Assembly (NCBI GenBank): GCA_965209155.1
Contig: OZ242383.1
Location: 1,664,001-1,728,000 of the forward strand
DNA length: 64,000 nucleotides
Direction: 5' to 3'
Origin: a bacterium
GTDB taxonomy: Bacteria; SAR324; NAC60-12
The notes beneath the pieces are model-generated. The model made no database searches. It was not told where the DNA came from and saw only the letters and a program-made list of their open reading frames with translations. Both the position numbers and the translations under genes were made by a program. Below, piece by piece: positions 61,103-64,000 of this stretch (the first letter of the stretch is position 1; the number at the start of each line of letters is the position of its first letter).

Positions 61103-61380
61103 ACGGTACCCCCCAGAGAAGCTTAGGGAAAGCAAAGACCCGCTTGAACAAACGCCTCCTGAAAGAATCGTTCACTAGCGAGAATGCAAAGAAAGGGTTC
61201 AAATCTCAGAAGAAAGCGGCATGCTCGGCGGCTTTGATTTTGTCCACTTACAAAGAGAGAAACGCTGGAGCCCCTGACGCGAACTCACATGTGCCTGTGA
61301 GCAAGAAAAGGCACTTGGGGCTCAGGAAATGGGCCAATTGCTTTTGCAGATCAAAGAGCAAGTAGACAGGCCGAAGCCAA

Positions 61381-61466
61381 AGGACGTGAAAACGATCGAT
61401 CTTCCCCGGGAATCTTTCATAAAAGATTGGTAACCGAACGGGTCTTTCAGAGACCTGAATAGTGAC
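61381..61466. mobile_element. Family A element, diverged right-end fragment
   Basis: GAAAACGATCGATC...TTCAGAGACCTGAATAGTGAC. Confidence 0.75.
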
Positions 61467-61467
61467 G

Positions 61468-61506
61468 ATTATTGATTTTATAAATTAAATTTCAACTCCT
61501 GATTCG
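61468..61506. repeat. Family B terminal fragment
   Basis: Exact reverse complement of 18011-18049. Confidence 0.8.
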
Positions 61507-61645
61507 TATTATTTGCAGATTAAAGTTGAATTGTGAGCTATAGTTCTATGCTGGGGGTAGGAATTTACGGACGATCATAATTGTTTTCCGGGAAGAATTT
61601 GCCAGGAAACAAAGTAAAGAAATACTATGTAGGGAGAATTTGCAT

Positions 61646-62383
61646 ATGAAACTGAATGGACAGATAGCTATCGTAACAGGCGCCGGACGAGGCATTGGGC
61701 GAGCCACGGCGCTTGCCCTGGCCCAAGAAGGGGCCAATCTGGTGCTGGCAGCACGCAGCATCAGTGAGATCAATGCCGTTGCGGACGAAATTCGGGACGT
61801 CGGACGGGAAGCCTTGTCGGTTGCGACAGACGTATCCAGGAAAGCGGACGTCGATTCCATGGTTCAGAAAGTCTTGGACCAATTTGGAAAAATCGACATC
61901 CTGGTGAACAATGCGGGAGTAACGAAGCCCGATGCAATTCCCAATGTTCTCGAGGAGGATTGGGACCTGATCATCAACGTCAATCTCAAAGGAGTTTTTC
62001 TATGCACACAGGCAGTGTTCAGTCATATGTGTCAGCAAGGTCGCGGACATATCATAAACGTTTCTTCTCTGGCAGGTAAATATTTCCCAAATAAGATGGC
62101 GGCTTACGGTGCATCCAAGTGGGGGGTTGTCGGATTGACGGGTATCACTCACGAAGAAGGCAGTCGCCATGGAGTGAAAGCGACTCTCGTTCGTCCCGGG
62201 CCGGTTGACACGAAAATGCGTCGTGATAACCATGATGACGATTTGACCAAACTGCCACAACCGAGTGATGTAGCGGATGTGATTTTGCTGGCGGTCACGC
62301 AACCCTGGCGCGCTCATACTCCGGTCTTTGATGTATACTCAACTGAAGATTCGGGAGGCAATGATCCAATCACTGAAAACTGA
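61646..62383 (+). CDS. Short-chain dehydrogenase/reductase
   Basis: TGAGRGIG, NNAG, YGASK. Confidence 0.92.
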   Translation: MKLNGQIAIVTGAGRGIGRATALALAQEGANLVLAARSISEINAVADEIRDVGREALSVATDVSRKADVDSMVQKVLDQFGKIDILVNNAGVTKPDAIPNVLEEDWDLIINVNLKGVFLCTQAVFSHMCQQGRGHIINVSSLAGKYFPNKMAAYGASKWGVVGLTGITHEEGSRHGVKATLVRPGPVDTKMRRDNHDDDLTKLPQPSDVADVILLAVTQPWRAHTPVFDVYSTEDSGGNDPITEN

Positions 62384-62396
62384 TTCATTTCCTGTT

Positions 62397-64000
62397 TCAG
62401 GTGGTCTGGAGCAGCTTTAAGGGTTTTTGTTTGAGAAGTCGATGGGTGGCCAGCAACGCGGTGCCGATGCTGAGGAGACTGATCCCCACAATACTGAATA
62501 GGGACATATACCAGGAAAAACTCCAGATGCGCTCAAAAACTATATAGGAGATCACAAAGGACATACCGTTACTGAGGAGCACTCCAAAAATGGCGGCAAA
62601 AAGTCCCAGAATGCCGAATTCTATTTGAACGATGGAGCGCACATCCTGGAAGCGGGCACCGAGCACTTTCAAGAGATTTATTTCCCAAAAACGGTTTTGC
62701 ACTTCATAGCGAGCAATCGAAAACAAGACCACCAACCCGGCGAGAATAGAAAGGTAGGCCATCACCCGAATGGCCCAACTGATTTGATCTGTAATGTCCA
62801 GTATCCGAGAAACTATACGGGAAACATCGAGTACGGAAATATTGGGAAATCGTTGCACGATACCGTTTTGCAAGGCCAATTTGCGATTGGAACTGACGTT
62901 GGAGATCCCCGCCAGGAAAATTTTTGGAGCGTCTTCCAGAACTCCTGGTTGGAAAATTATGAAAAAATTGGGCTGAAAGCTGTTCCATTTCACTTTTCTC
63001 AAATTGACCACTTTCCCCGTGATGGGGACGCTTTGTACGTCAAAGGTCAATTCATCTCCGATTTTCAGTCCCAATTCTTCAGCAAATTCTTCCTCCAATG
63101 AAATCTCGGGCAGGGACCCCGAATCCCAATCGTATTGAGGGGCGAAAGGTTTTCCTGCCACGTAGGATTCGGAGTCATTCAACTCTGCGCGATATGACAA
63201 ATTGAAACCACGATTCCTGAATCGTTCCTCCCTTTCTCTCTCTCGCGTCATGACTACGTTATTCGATTCAGAACCAAAGGTTGTCTGGTTGACTGCTTCC
63301 AAACGAGCACGAATCATGGGAGAGAGATAAGACAACTGATAATTTTCTTCCTCTAAGTAGTTTTGCAACAAAGGCACTTGTTCCGGTTGAATGTCAAAGA
63401 GAAAAAAACTCGGGACTTTGACATTCTCGGGTTGTGAAATTTCTTCCTGCAATCCCCTTTGTATCTGGGGGATCAAGTTGATCAATAAAGATCCCAATCC
63501 GATGGCGAGAAAACAAGAAATTGCTCCCAATTTATTGCGATTGAGATTCCTCAGGGCAATTTTAGGCGTCACTTTTTGACGATGTGAAAGTTTGCCGCAA
63601 ATGGTCAGGACTTGCCATGCAACCAATCCCAACAACAAAAGTGATCCAAGAAACAAGGTGACAAAAAGACTTCCTATGATCCAGGAATGCGCCTGCCAGA
63701 TAGCCAATGCCCAATAAACCAGTAATGCTGGCAGATAACTCAAACTTTTTCTCACAACGGTGCGACGATCCTCGAGAGCAGGGATGACATTTTCATGAAA
63801 CAAAGCGACAGGATTGAGATTGTAAATTCGCACCAGGATAGGCAAACAGCAGATCACGCTACCTAAAGTGCCCATGAATAATGCCAGCAACAAAGTGCTC
63901 CAGCCCATGGAGCTGACAAAGCCCTTGGGGAGGAAATTCTGCAAAAGCGTGGGCAGCAATGGGAGCAATAGAAAGGCTAAGAAACTGGAAAGGGCAGCAC
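62397..64000 (-). CDS. YbbP-like (FtsX-type) ABC permease, 5' end outside window
   Basis: PSFFLFDIQP, FNLSY, LGLKIGD.LTF, R.VKW.SFQPNFF, LKVLGA. Confidence 0.85.
   Translation of the reverse strand, partial: AALSSFLAFLLLPLLPTLLQNFLPKGFVSSMGWSTLLLALFMGTLGSVICCLPILVRIYNLNPVALFHENVIPALEDRRTVVRKSLSYLPALLVYWALAIWQAHSWIIGSLFVTLFLGSLLLLGLVAWQVLTICGKLSHRQKVTPKIALRNLNRNKLGAISCFLAIGLGSLLINLIPQIQRGLQEEISQPENVKVPSFFLFDIQPEQVPLLQNYLEEENYQLSYLSPMIRARLEAVNQTTFGSESNNVVMTREREREERFRNRGFNLSYRAELNDSESYVAGKPFAPQYDWDSGSLPEISLEEEFAEELGLKIGDELTFDVQSVPITGKVVNLRKVKWNSFQPNFFIIFQPGVLEDAPKIFLAGISNVSSNRKLALQNGIVQRFPNISVLDVSRIVSRILDITDQISWAIRVMAYLSILAGLVVLFSIARYEVQNRFWEINLLKVLGARFQDVRSIVQIEFGILGLFAAIFGVLLSNGMSFVISYIVFERIWSFSWYMSLFSIVGISLLSIGTALLATHRLLKQKPLKLLQTT

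Noticed and set aside
61103..61380. 109-aa ORF (61036-61365) or structured RNA
   Set aside because: Begins across the 40-bp repeat region, no RBS or family motif; cannot be supported without a search

Overview
Bacterial chromosome segment. An AT-rich backbone (gspC-like, miaA, ppx-like, ccmB, cysD/cysNC, ispF, tatA, RelA-type synthetase, ABC1 kinase, YbbP-like permease) is interrupted by two catabolic accessory islands that look mostly more GC-rich by eye. The taxon cannot be fixed from sequence alone; a deltaproteobacterial-type organism is only a guess. Island 1 (~5.8-15.2 kb) carries a Dpp-type transporter, oxidoreductases, a beta-propeller protein and a ThuA-like protein. Island 2 (~40.6-61.1 kb) carries HigBA x2, HicAB, Rpn, a 2111-aa sigma54 regulator and its likely target operon (sugar ABC, oxidoreductase, two cupins, TIM-barrel/Tm-1-like pair). 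The most unusual object is that regulator: an IS1595-type transposase Zn-ribbon/HTH fused in frame to a pseudokinase-STAND/AAA-GAF-PAS-sigma54 activator, with a deleted paralogue further downstream. Both islands start right after the right end of a non-autonomous GTAACTATTCAG-ended element (five pieces in the window, one pair bracketing a Uma2 nuclease gene) and end at a 39/40-identical 40-bp motif. Also present: an intact IS256 with a 9-bp TSD, an ISAzo13 abutting an ISKra4 remnant, a prenyltransferase homologue lacking both DDxxD motifs, and several internally deleted pseudogenes. No rRNA, tRNA or CRISPR array was recognised. Family assignments come from motif recognition by eye, not database searches.
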